A stretch of 64,000 nucleotides of DNA from a bacterium. Lineage in GTDB: Bacteria; Zhuqueibacterota; Zhuqueibacteria; Residuimicrobiales; Krinioviventaceae. Made by a program: the position numbers and the translations under genes. The notes below the pieces were generated by a model. The model searched no databases. It saw nothing but the letters and a program-made list of their open reading frames with translations, and had not been told where the DNA came from. Where the stretch lies: positions 1,024,001 to 1,088,000 of the forward strand of contig CAXXMD010000003.1 in NCBI GenBank assembly GCA_963675755.2, in the 5' to 3' direction. Below, one piece after another: positions 39,288 through 48,145 of this stretch. The stretch's first letter is position 1. The number at the start of each line of letters is the position of its first letter.

Positions 39288-39674
39288 ATGCTTTATCAGG
39301 AGTTATCGAATCAAATTATCCATTCTTTTTATACGGTGAATAACAAACTTGGATATGGGTTCCTTGAAAAAGTATACGAAAATGCAATGATCATAGAATT
39401 GCATAAAAAAGGACTCAGAATCGAACAGCAAAAAAAGATCAATGTGATTTACGAGGGTATATCAATTGGTGAATATAATGCTGATATACTAGTTGAAAAT
39501 AAAATTATTTTAGAACTCAAAGTTTGTGAAAAATTATGTTCAGCGCATGAATACCAGTTAATTAATTATCTAAGAGCAAGCCATATTGAACTTGGTTTAT
39601 TATTAAATTTTGGTAAAAAGCCAGAATATGTTAGAAAAATTTTCACAAATGACAAAAAATCTCTAAAAATTTAA
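39288..39674 (+). CDS. GxxExxY family protein (PD-(D/E)XK nuclease-like)
   Basis: LGYGFLEKVYENA, ADILVENKIILELK, QLINYL, GLLLNFG; 128 aa. Confidence 0.93.
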   Translation: MLYQELSNQIIHSFYTVNNKLGYGFLEKVYENAMIIELHKKGLRIEQQKKINVIYEGISIGEYNADILVENKIILELKVCEKLCSAHEYQLINYLRASHIELGLLLNFGKKPEYVRKIFTNDKKSLKI

Positions 39675-39711
39675 TTCGTGCAAATTCGTGTCTTTCGTTT
39701 TATTCGTGTTC
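39674..39711 (-). repeat. Right inverted repeat of the GxxExxY cassette
   Basis: ATTCGTGCAAATTCGTGTCTTTCGTTTTATTCGTGTTC; begins in the stop codon. Confidence 0.9.
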
Positions 39712-39739
39712 AATTCTAACCTTTATCATAAGGTGTGTT

Positions 39740-40978
39740 ATGAAAAATCCCATTCTAAAAAAAATCATTATCGCTCTAAGCGCTGTGGGACCGGGTCTGT
39801 TTTTGATCGGTTATAACATTGGGACCGGCAGTGTAACCACCATGGCAAAATCCGGTGCGGAACACGGTATGACCCTGTTCTGGGCTTTGATCCTCTCGTG
39901 CGTTTTTACCTACATTCTTATGGTAGCTTACGGACAAGTCACCCTGGTTACCGGACATACCGCTTTGTACAACATCAAAACACAATTCAAATATGGCAAT
40001 ATTCTGGCACTGTACATAATGGCTGCACTGATTATTGGTGAACTGCTGGCGCTGTTGGGTGTATTGGGTATTGTAGCAGATCTGCTTCAGGAAGGTGTCA
40101 GATTATTAGGCTGGGGCACACCGCACATTGCCTGGTTCATTGTAACACTCATCATCGGTCTCTATGCGCTATTATGGTTTGGCCGTTACCAGGTCTTTGA
40201 AAAAGTGTTGACTGCATTTGTAATTTTAATGGGACTCTGTTTTCTGGTTGTATTTTTTATGGTTAAACCCAGTTTTGCGGCAATTGCAAAAGGGATGATA
40301 CCCGGTATTCCCAGCACACCCGGTGCAATGGGATTGGTAGCTGCCATGGCAGGCACCACCTGTTCGGCTGCGGTTTTTATTATGCGCAGTACGGTTGTTG
40401 CGGAAAAAGGATGGAACCTGAGTCACTTGAAAAACGAGAAAAAAGACGCCTTTGTATCTGCGGCCATGATGCTGTTTCTCAGTGGAATTATTATGGCTGT
40501 ATCTGCGGGCACACTGCACATTATGGGATTAAAACTGGACAATACCGTAGAAATGATCCACATGTTTCAACCCCTCGGTGGTAAATTTGCGGCTTTTGTT
40601 CTGATCTTGGGAATCACCGGTGCAGGACTTTCAACCGTGTTCCCCATTGTTTTGATAGCCCCCTGGCTCGTCAGCGATTATACCGGCAAACCACGTGACA
40701 TCCATTCACCCATGTATCGCACACTTATGTTTATCGGTATATTATTTGGATTGGGACGAATTTTTCTGGAACAGCGTCCCCCGGCTTTGATGGTCTTTTC
40801 ACAGGCGTTTCAGGCGTGTATATTACCGGCTGTAGCCATCCCTATTTATGTGCTCATTACCCGGTCATCCTTAATGCAGAAACATACTGCAAATCTGAAA
40901 ATGAAAATTGGAATAATAGCGGTTATTTTGTTCTCGCTACTGACCACCTATTTTGCAATCAAAGAATTGTTGATATAA
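39740..40978 (+). CDS. Nramp-superfamily transporter (divergent, YcsG-like)
   Basis: GPGL...GYNIGTGSVTT...GA..G..L.W N-terminus, about 11 TM helices; lacks the canonical DPGN. Confidence 0.8.
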   Translation: MKNPILKKIIIALSAVGPGLFLIGYNIGTGSVTTMAKSGAEHGMTLFWALILSCVFTYILMVAYGQVTLVTGHTALYNIKTQFKYGNILALYIMAALIIGELLALLGVLGIVADLLQEGVRLLGWGTPHIAWFIVTLIIGLYALLWFGRYQVFEKVLTAFVILMGLCFLVVFFMVKPSFAAIAKGMIPGIPSTPGAMGLVAAMAGTTCSAAVFIMRSTVVAEKGWNLSHLKNEKKDAFVSAAMMLFLSGIIMAVSAGTLHIMGLKLDNTVEMIHMFQPLGGKFAAFVLILGITGAGLSTVFPIVLIAPWLVSDYTGKPRDIHSPMYRTLMFIGILFGLGRIFLEQRPPALMVFSQAFQACILPAVAIPIYVLITRSSLMQKHTANLKMKIGIIAVILFSLLTTYFAIKELLI

Positions 40979-40997
40979 TTGAATTTCGCTGGCGTAT

Positions 40998-42125
40998 TTA
41001 CAATTCCATGGATTGTAAATATGCCTTTGCGTTTCCGGTTTCCAAAATCTCGCGTATTACCAATGCCGCTTTGTCATTGATCCCCTTGATGCTTTCCAAT
41101 TTATCTTTTAGCTCAGACACCGGCTCGCCTGTTTTTGCAAGTGACCACGCCGCATATCCATATGGACCTTTTTTACCTTTTAAGCGCATCATGTAATCCA
41201 TCTGTTCCAGCATCACAATTACCCGGTCTGTTTCATCCAGAATGTCATCAAACACCGGTTTAGGTACTCTTAGTGGTATATTGTGTTCTTTGGCAGCCTT
41301 GAGCAGGTTTGCATGTATCCAGTCATAGTATTTGCCAATTGCCTGCCCCCAACGATCGCCTTTGTAGATTTTACGATATTTGCCCAGCTCTTTAGGATAA
41401 TGCTTTTCAATCACAGATTCAAAATACTGCCGCTGACGACCATCTTTGAGCGTCATGCCGCCAAAGTGGATATAATCCAGTCCCGCGTCTGCCGCAGCTT
41501 TAACAGATCTCTCTATTTGCTCCTCAGAATCCGTTATAAAAGGAATAACCGGCAGCAGATACATGCCGCATATCACACCCTGCGCTTTAAACTTTTTCAA
41601 AGTCTCTAATCTTTTTAAAGGAGAGGGCACACCCGGTTCAAAAATCCGGCTAACATCCTCATCTACGGATGAAAAGCTCATGCTCAATAGTGTTCGCTGT
41701 TTTTCATGGATGCGGAGGAGTATATCCATATCCCGCTCCACCAGTGTGGATTTGGTCAGCACATGCACAGGATGATTAAAATATTCTATCAGCTCCAATG
41801 CGCCCCGGGCCAGTTTGTACTGCTTTTCAAGCGGCTGATAGCTGTCACCTACACCCCCGCCAAGCAATATAAAACTACGCTTCATGGGCTTGCGTTTTCG
41901 GGATGGATCCAACTCTCGTTTTAACAAGTCCAGCGCATTGGTCTTTACGCTAATATCGCAGCCAAATTCACCATCTACATAATACCCTTCGGCCCTGCCG
42001 TCACAATATGAACAATTGTGTGTGCACCCCCGGTACAGATTCATCCCATAGTAGCTTAAAAACCAGGATTCAATTTTCTTTTGTTTACGTAAAATGGATT
42101 TGGACTGGATCTCGTGAACGTTCAA
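40998..42125 (-). CDS. Radical SAM protein (SplB / Rv2578c-like) with C-terminal HhH extension
   Basis: N.YRGCTHNCSYC, DSYQP.E, LTKS.LV.RD.D, FEPG..SP..RL, PVIPFITD. Confidence 0.88.
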   Translation of the reverse strand: MNVHEIQSKSILRKQKKIESWFLSYYGMNLYRGCTHNCSYCDGRAEGYYVDGEFGCDISVKTNALDLLKRELDPSRKRKPMKRSFILLGGGVGDSYQPLEKQYKLARGALELIEYFNHPVHVLTKSTLVERDMDILLRIHEKQRTLLSMSFSSVDEDVSRIFEPGVPSPLKRLETLKKFKAQGVICGMYLLPVIPFITDSEEQIERSVKAAADAGLDYIHFGGMTLKDGRQRQYFESVIEKHYPKELGKYRKIYKGDRWGQAIGKYYDWIHANLLKAAKEHNIPLRVPKPVFDDILDETDRVIVMLEQMDYMMRLKGKKGPYGYAAWSLAKTGEPVSELKDKLESIKGINDKAALVIREILETGNAKAYLQSMEL

Positions 42126-42145
42126 AGCTTATCTCCGGCGCGCAT

Positions 42146-43468
42146 TTATTTAAATTTTACAATCCCGCATGTAATATCGTCACTCTGCACTGCTTTGCCG
42201 GCGTGTTGCTTTAAATCTTTGTTAATCAAATCCAACAAATCGGATGCTTTCTTTTTCCGGTTTTTGGCAACCAGTTGAATCAGGCGTTCTTCGCCATAGT
42301 CTTCCTGTTTTTTGTTCCATGCCTCGGTAACACCATCCGAATAAAATACCAGCACATCTCGGGATTCAATCCGAATGGTTTCAATTTCAAACGGTACCTC
42401 CAGACTCCCCAAAAAGATCCCGCCATCGCTCAAAATCTGCGGTTTCTTTTTCCCTTTGCGAAACAAGTAGGTTGGATTATGACCAGCGTTAACGCTTTCC
42501 AATTCGCGTGATTTGTGATGATATACACCAATCCAAACGGTAACAAATTTATCAAAAGTGGTAGAGTCCATCAAAACCCGGTTCAGGCTTTTTACAAACC
42601 GCATGAGATCAAAAGAATCTTCCAGTTTTATAAAAGTCTGCAAATAAGAAAAAATGGTAGAAACAATCAATGCCGCGGGAATGCCTTTTCCCGTAACATC
42701 GGCAACCAGAAACAGACTGGAATCCTCATTGATACGGAGCACATTGTAATAATCTCCCCCCACTTCTTTGGCAGGTACCAGCATAGCTGCCGTATCCAGA
42801 TCATCATAATCCGGCAGTTTATCCGGTAAAAGATTCTGCTGGATTGTCCTTGCGGTATCCAGCTCCCGCTCAAGCGCCTCTTTTTCAACCTGTGTTACCA
42901 CCAGCCTGGCGTTTTCAATAGCAATAGCGCATTGCGAAGCCAGGGTCTCAAAAATATTCAAATCCTGTTGAGAAAAACCATTGCCATTCTTTTTGTTTAT
43001 AACTTGCATTACCCCTATCAACTTTTTCTTGCGCATCATGGGCACACAGATCATGTTCCGGGTTTTGTAATCCAACTTTTTATCATACCAGTCATCAAAA
43101 CGAGGATCATTATAGCAATCATCAATCAACAGCGGCTGTTTGTGCTTTGCCACCCACCCGGCCAGACCTTCTCCCAGCTTGACACAATGCCGCTTGACCG
43201 ATTTACCTTTACTGCCGGTAGCCACCTGAAAATACAATTTCTTTTCTTTTTTATCATATAACAGCAGAGAACTGGCTTCAACATCCATGACAATTTTACT
43301 GTCCTCAAGGATCTCATTCAATAGTTTTGATAAAGGCTTGGTTTCTGAAATTTTTTGCGAAACCTTGTGCAAAAAATTAAGCCGGTCAACGAGCGATCTC
43401 AAGTCAGCAATAGAATCCAACAAAGGTCCGGGCATGGTAGTAACTCCCATCAATTCATAATCAAACAA
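42146..43468 (-). CDS. GAF + SpoIIE/PP2C phosphatase (RsbU-like)
   Basis: GAF (GEGLAGWV, DPRF, QVINK), then ELD.AR.IQ..LLP, VGGDYY, ADVTGKG, NAGHNP, YSDG..EA, DDIT. Confidence 0.93.
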   Translation of the reverse strand: MFDYELMGVTTMPGPLLDSIADLRSLVDRLNFLHKVSQKISETKPLSKLLNEILEDSKIVMDVEASSLLLYDKKEKKLYFQVATGSKGKSVKRHCVKLGEGLAGWVAKHKQPLLIDDCYNDPRFDDWYDKKLDYKTRNMICVPMMRKKKLIGVMQVINKKNGNGFSQQDLNIFETLASQCAIAIENARLVVTQVEKEALERELDTARTIQQNLLPDKLPDYDDLDTAAMLVPAKEVGGDYYNVLRINEDSSLFLVADVTGKGIPAALIVSTIFSYLQTFIKLEDSFDLMRFVKSLNRVLMDSTTFDKFVTVWIGVYHHKSRELESVNAGHNPTYLFRKGKKKPQILSDGGIFLGSLEVPFEIETIRIESRDVLVFYSDGVTEAWNKKQEDYGEERLIQLVAKNRKKKASDLLDLINKDLKQHAGKAVQSDDITCGIVKFK

Positions 43469-43484
43469 TAGTATTAAAACAAGC

Positions 43485-44801
43485 TCAATACATTTTTATT
43501 TCACTGTTATAATCCGAATAGTGTATATATTTTAAATTCGTCATCCAGAACACATGTGGCTGTACATCCGCGGGTGAAAACCAGGGCACAAAGGGTCTTA
43601 CATTGTCATACTGAGAATTCTGAGTAATTGCCGTATGGCTCCAGCTATTTCCCATATCATCCGTTACCCAGCGTTCAATCTCAAAAATACCGTTAACTTT
43701 ACGGCTCAAATAAACCACATTGGGGTTTTCATGGTCAAGCACTACACCACCCGAGTAATAAGTCTCCCGCTCTTCTTTGCCTTCGGGAGTTTGTGGAAAC
43801 CACGGTCCCGCCGGAGTGATCTCATGGTCCTGCCATTTCTGTCCGTCCCATCGCGCATAATGATAGCGATGGTCTGTCTCTTTGGGAAAACGTGTATAGA
43901 CGATAACAGGACGATCATCACTGTCTACTGCTACATCCCAAACCCAGGCACGCACACTGTCCTGTCGTGCATCATATACGCGATCAGCCTGTTGTGGTGA
44001 AAAGGGAATATTTTCAAAATCGATCATCTTTTCACCGTTGGCTTTATAAAACGCACCATCATGATAACAGGCATAATACACACTGTTGGTGGGTTCGTTT
44101 CGAGGGTGCCCATCGGTGAACAGGAAATGGATTTTCGATTTGTAATCCGAATAATATTTCACATACGGTCTGCGGTTCTTGTAAATCCGCTCCGGTAATA
44201 TGAACAATTTCGCCATAGACCAGGTCAACCCGCCATCATCCGAGATCGACACATTGGGCTTAAAATCCATACCCCGGTAGAACAAATAGATACGTCCATC
44301 TTCATTCGAAAGCTGATAGGGATTACTATAGGTATATGAATTTTTGGTCCCTTTTGGAAACGCGTCCACATCATTAATATACATACGTGAAATCGGTTCC
44401 CACTGGGTAATATCTTCAGGATTTGTAGAAATCCGCATATACATATCGTCATCACTATGACGAGAATAAAATGCCAGAATTCTGCCATCATCCCGAACCA
44501 GTATAGAGGGCACGTTATGATCGTCTTTTTCCAGTTTTTCATGCAACACAAAGGTATCAATTTTTTTGCTGCTGTGGTTATATGAGCCAATCATAATATC
44601 GCCCTGTTCTGTCACCCAGGCAGCATAAGTGCATTCTTTGGTACCTTTGTGATATATAGCACGAGGATCAGAGAACCAGCACCACACCCCATCATCTGTC
44701 AGGGAACTGTACTCTGATGCGGGCAAAGGTTGGTTCTTTTGACACCCCATAATAACAAACATGAATATAATACTTGAATAAAAAAGCTTTTTTAAAATCA
44801 T
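43485..44801 (-). CDS. BNR-4 repeat-containing lipoprotein
   Basis: Lipobox IMGC; DG.WCWF.DPRA, DDHN.P, YTY.NP, Asp-box SDDGGLTW, RPYVKY. Confidence 0.8.
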   Translation of the reverse strand: MILKKLFYSSIIFMFVIMGCQKNQPLPASEYSSLTDDGVWCWFSDPRAIYHKGTKECTYAAWVTEQGDIMIGSYNHSSKKIDTFVLHEKLEKDDHNVPSILVRDDGRILAFYSRHSDDDMYMRISTNPEDITQWEPISRMYINDVDAFPKGTKNSYTYSNPYQLSNEDGRIYLFYRGMDFKPNVSISDDGGLTWSMAKLFILPERIYKNRRPYVKYYSDYKSKIHFLFTDGHPRNEPTNSVYYACYHDGAFYKANGEKMIDFENIPFSPQQADRVYDARQDSVRAWVWDVAVDSDDRPVIVYTRFPKETDHRYHYARWDGQKWQDHEITPAGPWFPQTPEGKEERETYYSGGVVLDHENPNVVYLSRKVNGIFEIERWVTDDMGNSWSHTAITQNSQYDNVRPFVPWFSPADVQPHVFWMTNLKYIHYSDYNSEIKMY

Positions 44802-44822
44802 CTGGTAATCCTTATCATTATA

Positions 44823-46169
44823 TTATTCATCAGCCATAATCCAGTCTCTTGAAAACCTTGCATATCTAATGGAGTTTCTTTTTCTGTCGTCTCCTCTTTT
44901 AAAATAGCTGTAGCAGACATGCAGCATTCCATCTTTGCCCTGTATCACTGCCGGATAGTGGTAACGATTTCCATCCTTGCCTCGTACATCCAGCTCGATG
45001 TGACGTTTGTAGGGCCAGGATTTCCCCTCATCTGTGGACAAATACACCGCCAAACTGTTCCGGCCTTCTTCAACATCATTGTCCAGCAAGACCCAGTCCC
45101 CATTATCGAGCGTTACAACATCCGCTCCCGCACCGGGATTAGGGATTTCGGTATCCTGAACCAGGCCCCAGGTTTCTCCTTTATCAGTTGAACGGCTGAC
45201 ATGCAGTCGTTTGGGTGGCGGACCATTATCGCGCATATAGGTTACCAGTTCTCCATCACGCGTTTTCGCAATGGCTGGTTGTATGTTTCCCAATCCGACA
45301 ATAGGAGCACTGGTATGCCAGTTCTTTCCCCAATCATCAGTAATCGCCATAAGCGAAAAACTGAATCCGTCGGAATAGAGGGGTAAAATCATGCGCTCGC
45401 CAATAACAAAAGGTTTGTTGCGGGTTTGCCATCCCATTCTACGAAACCAGGGATACCCCATGGATTGTTCATCATAACTGCCATCCTCGTGATACAACCT
45501 GCCGGAGCGCACCATATCATCACCTGCCGCATGGGCTATCAACTTTTCTTTCCGGTCCTGCCATTTTTTGCGCAACTCCTCAGTTTGGAACGCACCCTGC
45601 TTTTCAAGTAATGCTTCCTGCTCATTTACCTGCTTTTTAACAGAAGCAAGAAACGGATCTTCGGGCTGAATGCCTCGCCCTGATCCCGGTACCGGAATGA
45701 TATGCAAAACCTCCTGCCAATCCCATTTGGGCGGACCATCAGCCTCATACTCGGTTGCGATTTTATACTTTAACAGTGATGTTTCCCACTGGTGAGCTAT
45801 CACCGCGTAATAGAATAACCATAATTTCCCCTGCGGATCAATAAACAATACCGGATTGATATCGGGCAATCCCGGTGTATCAGCCAGTTCAAAGGGAGCA
45901 CTCCACTCCTGGCTGCCCTTTTTCAACCTGGCACCCATAATTCTTACATCCTCTGCCTGACGCTCGCCAGTCCCTTGAAACCACGCCACTATGATATCTC
46001 CATTGGCACATTCAACAAGAGTAGAACCATGCACATGTAGCTCCTGCAAAGGGAAAATTTGAGAATTCCATATGCCGGTATCCGCGGCAAGCACTACGCT
46101 CAAGCTCAATATAAAAAGAACAACTTTATTCATATCCGCCACCTCTGTTTTTTCTGTATTATAACCCAT
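44823..46169 (-). CDS. Sialidase-like (BNR_2) beta-propeller protein, secreted
   Basis: H.ST..E..NG....WF.G..E, D.NP.LF, Asp-boxes TDDWGKNW / STDKGETW / STDEGKSW, Y.YP..IQ..DG..H..YS. Confidence 0.8.
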   Translation of the reverse strand: MGYNTEKTEVADMNKVVLFILSLSVVLAADTGIWNSQIFPLQELHVHGSTLVECANGDIIVAWFQGTGERQAEDVRIMGARLKKGSQEWSAPFELADTPGLPDINPVLFIDPQGKLWLFYYAVIAHQWETSLLKYKIATEYEADGPPKWDWQEVLHIIPVPGSGRGIQPEDPFLASVKKQVNEQEALLEKQGAFQTEELRKKWQDRKEKLIAHAAGDDMVRSGRLYHEDGSYDEQSMGYPWFRRMGWQTRNKPFVIGERMILPLYSDGFSFSLMAITDDWGKNWHTSAPIVGLGNIQPAIAKTRDGELVTYMRDNGPPPKRLHVSRSTDKGETWGLVQDTEIPNPGAGADVVTLDNGDWVLLDNDVEEGRNSLAVYLSTDEGKSWPYKRHIELDVRGKDGNRYHYPAVIQGKDGMLHVCYSYFKRGDDRKRNSIRYARFSRDWIMADE

Positions 46170-46246
46170 TTTTTTATTACATTCAAGATCAAATCTTGAA
46201 CATTCAAAACTGTGTGTAAAGAATTGTAATAAACCCCGGAGGAATT

Positions 46247-48043
46247 GTGAAAAGATTATATTTACTTTTACTTGTCTCTATATTGCTCGTTTTAGCGGTT
46301 ACCCCGCTTTCCGCAAAAACATACAAGCTCTATTATCTTGGCGGCCAGTCCAACATGGATGGCTACGGCACCGTCAGTGAACTGCCTGCCGAGCTCAACA
46401 AACCCGTGCCCAATGTGCTGATCTATCAAAGCAGCCGTGAATCAGACAATATGCCGGTAAACGGCATTGGTAAATGGTCGCCTCTGATGCCGGGACATGG
46501 ACGCGGTTTCAAATCCGATGGTCTCACCAACACCTATTCCGATCGTTTTGGGCTGGAACTGACTTTTGGCAAACAAATGAGTGAGATGGACCCCACGATG
46601 CCCATCGCCCTAGTAAAATACTCCAGAGGCGGTACATCTATTCATCCCGATCAGGCAAGCAAAGCCGGTTGCTGGGATTCTGATTTTCACAGCGGCAACG
46701 GTATAAACCAGTACGATCATTTTCTGGCAACCCTGAGCAACGCATTAGCAGTTGATGACATTGACGGTGACGGCGAAAAAGATACACTCATTCCTTGCGG
46801 CATTTTGTGGATGCAGGGCGAGAGCGATGGCCGCGGTCTGAACAGTGCTGAAGCATACGAAGCCAATCTGAAAAAGCTGATGGACCAGATCCGTGCCGCT
46901 TTGCGTGTGGATGACCTGCCGGTTGTTGTAGGACGCATCTCGGATTCGGGACAGGAAGATGACGGCAAGGTTTGGGATTATGGCGATATCGTCCGTAAAG
47001 CAGAAGCCGACTTTTGCGAAAAAGATCCTTGCGCTGCACTGGTAACCAGTACGGACAATTACAGCTATTCCGATAAATACCATTATGACACTGCAGGCTT
47101 TATTGACCTGGGTATACAATTCGCAAACGCCATACACAAACTGGAACAAAAAGAATCCACCGCGTATCTCTTTACCTATTTCAACGGTAATGGCGAAGAC
47201 GGACTGCATTTGGCTTACAGTTATAATGGACTGGACTGGAAGGCCCTCAACAATGGTAAATCCTTTCTAACACCAAAAGTCGGCAGTGACAAGCTCATGC
47301 GTGATCCCTGTGTCATTCAGGGACCGGATGGCCTTTATCACATGGTCTGGACCGTTAGCTGGAAAGAAAAAGGCATAGGATATGCCAGTTCCAAAGATCT
47401 GGTGCACTGGTCAGAACAGAAATATATTCCGGTTATGGAGCACGAAGCCACCGCGCAAAATACCTGGGCGCCCGAAGTGTATTATGACGATACCACAGAG
47501 CAATACTATATTTTTTGGTCTACCACCATTCCCGGACGTTTCCCGGAAACGGATCACAAGGACCCCAACAATCCTGAAAAAAGTATGAAAAATCACCGCA
47601 TGTATTACGTCACCACCAAAGATTTTGATACATTCAGCGATACCAAACTGTTTTATGATCATGGATTTAATGTTATTGACGGCACCCTGACAAAGAATGG
47701 CGATCAATATGTCATGTATCTCAAGAACGAAACCGACCGACCCCTGACCCCGGAAAAGAACATTCGTATTGCAACCAGCGATAAAGCCGCCGGACCTTAC
47801 ACTGATGCATCGGAACCCATCACCGGAGATTACTGGGCAGAAGGCCCCACTGCTATCAAGATCGGGGACTGGTGGTATGTCTATTTTGACAAATATCGTG
47901 AACACAAATACGGCGCAGTTCGCTCCAAAGATCTGAAAAACTGGGATGATGTTTCGAACTGGATCACCCATCCTGACGATATGCGCCACGGTACCGTTTT
48001 CGAGGTACCGCAGTCCCTGCTGGATTCGTTGCTGAAATTGTAA
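46247..48043 (+). CDS. Sialate O-acetylesterase (SASA/CE6-like SGNH) fused to a GH43-family domain
   Basis: GQSNMDG, WMQGESD and D..H; then MRDP, WAPE, VIDG and AEGP; signal peptide. Confidence 0.85.
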   Translation: MKRLYLLLLVSILLVLAVTPLSAKTYKLYYLGGQSNMDGYGTVSELPAELNKPVPNVLIYQSSRESDNMPVNGIGKWSPLMPGHGRGFKSDGLTNTYSDRFGLELTFGKQMSEMDPTMPIALVKYSRGGTSIHPDQASKAGCWDSDFHSGNGINQYDHFLATLSNALAVDDIDGDGEKDTLIPCGILWMQGESDGRGLNSAEAYEANLKKLMDQIRAALRVDDLPVVVGRISDSGQEDDGKVWDYGDIVRKAEADFCEKDPCAALVTSTDNYSYSDKYHYDTAGFIDLGIQFANAIHKLEQKESTAYLFTYFNGNGEDGLHLAYSYNGLDWKALNNGKSFLTPKVGSDKLMRDPCVIQGPDGLYHMVWTVSWKEKGIGYASSKDLVHWSEQKYIPVMEHEATAQNTWAPEVYYDDTTEQYYIFWSTTIPGRFPETDHKDPNNPEKSMKNHRMYYVTTKDFDTFSDTKLFYDHGFNVIDGTLTKNGDQYVMYLKNETDRPLTPEKNIRIATSDKAAGPYTDASEPITGDYWAEGPTAIKIGDWWYVYFDKYREHKYGAVRSKDLKNWDDVSNWITHPDDMRHGTVFEVPQSLLDSLLKL

Positions 48044-48047
48044 TATT

Positions 48048-48086
48048 AAAAATCCCGGTTCTCTTTGAAAGATAGGACCGGGATTC
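48048..48086 (+). terminator. Hairpin after SASA-GH43, probable terminator
   Basis: AATCCCGGTTCT...AGGACCGGGATT. Confidence 0.55.
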
Positions 48087-48145
48087 ATTCTAATATCACT
48101 TGAAGGGGATCAACAAGCTTAATTATTCTAACATCTTAATACCTC

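Larger units (their letters stand above)
39197..39711 (+). mobile_element. Putative 515-bp IR-bounded GxxExxY mini-element
   Basis: One nuclease-like ORF between 38-bp imperfect IRs, inside an otherwise compact two-gene unit; mobility is inferred, not shown. Confidence 0.55.

Noticed and set aside
39197-39711. ACACGAAT repeats as a CRISPR array or classical IS ends
   Set aside because: The units are 8 nt with no spacers and no cas genes; there is no DDE/HUH transposase and no clear target-site duplication.
47411-48088. 225-aa minus-strand ORF
   Set aside because: Antisense shadow of the GH43 domain.
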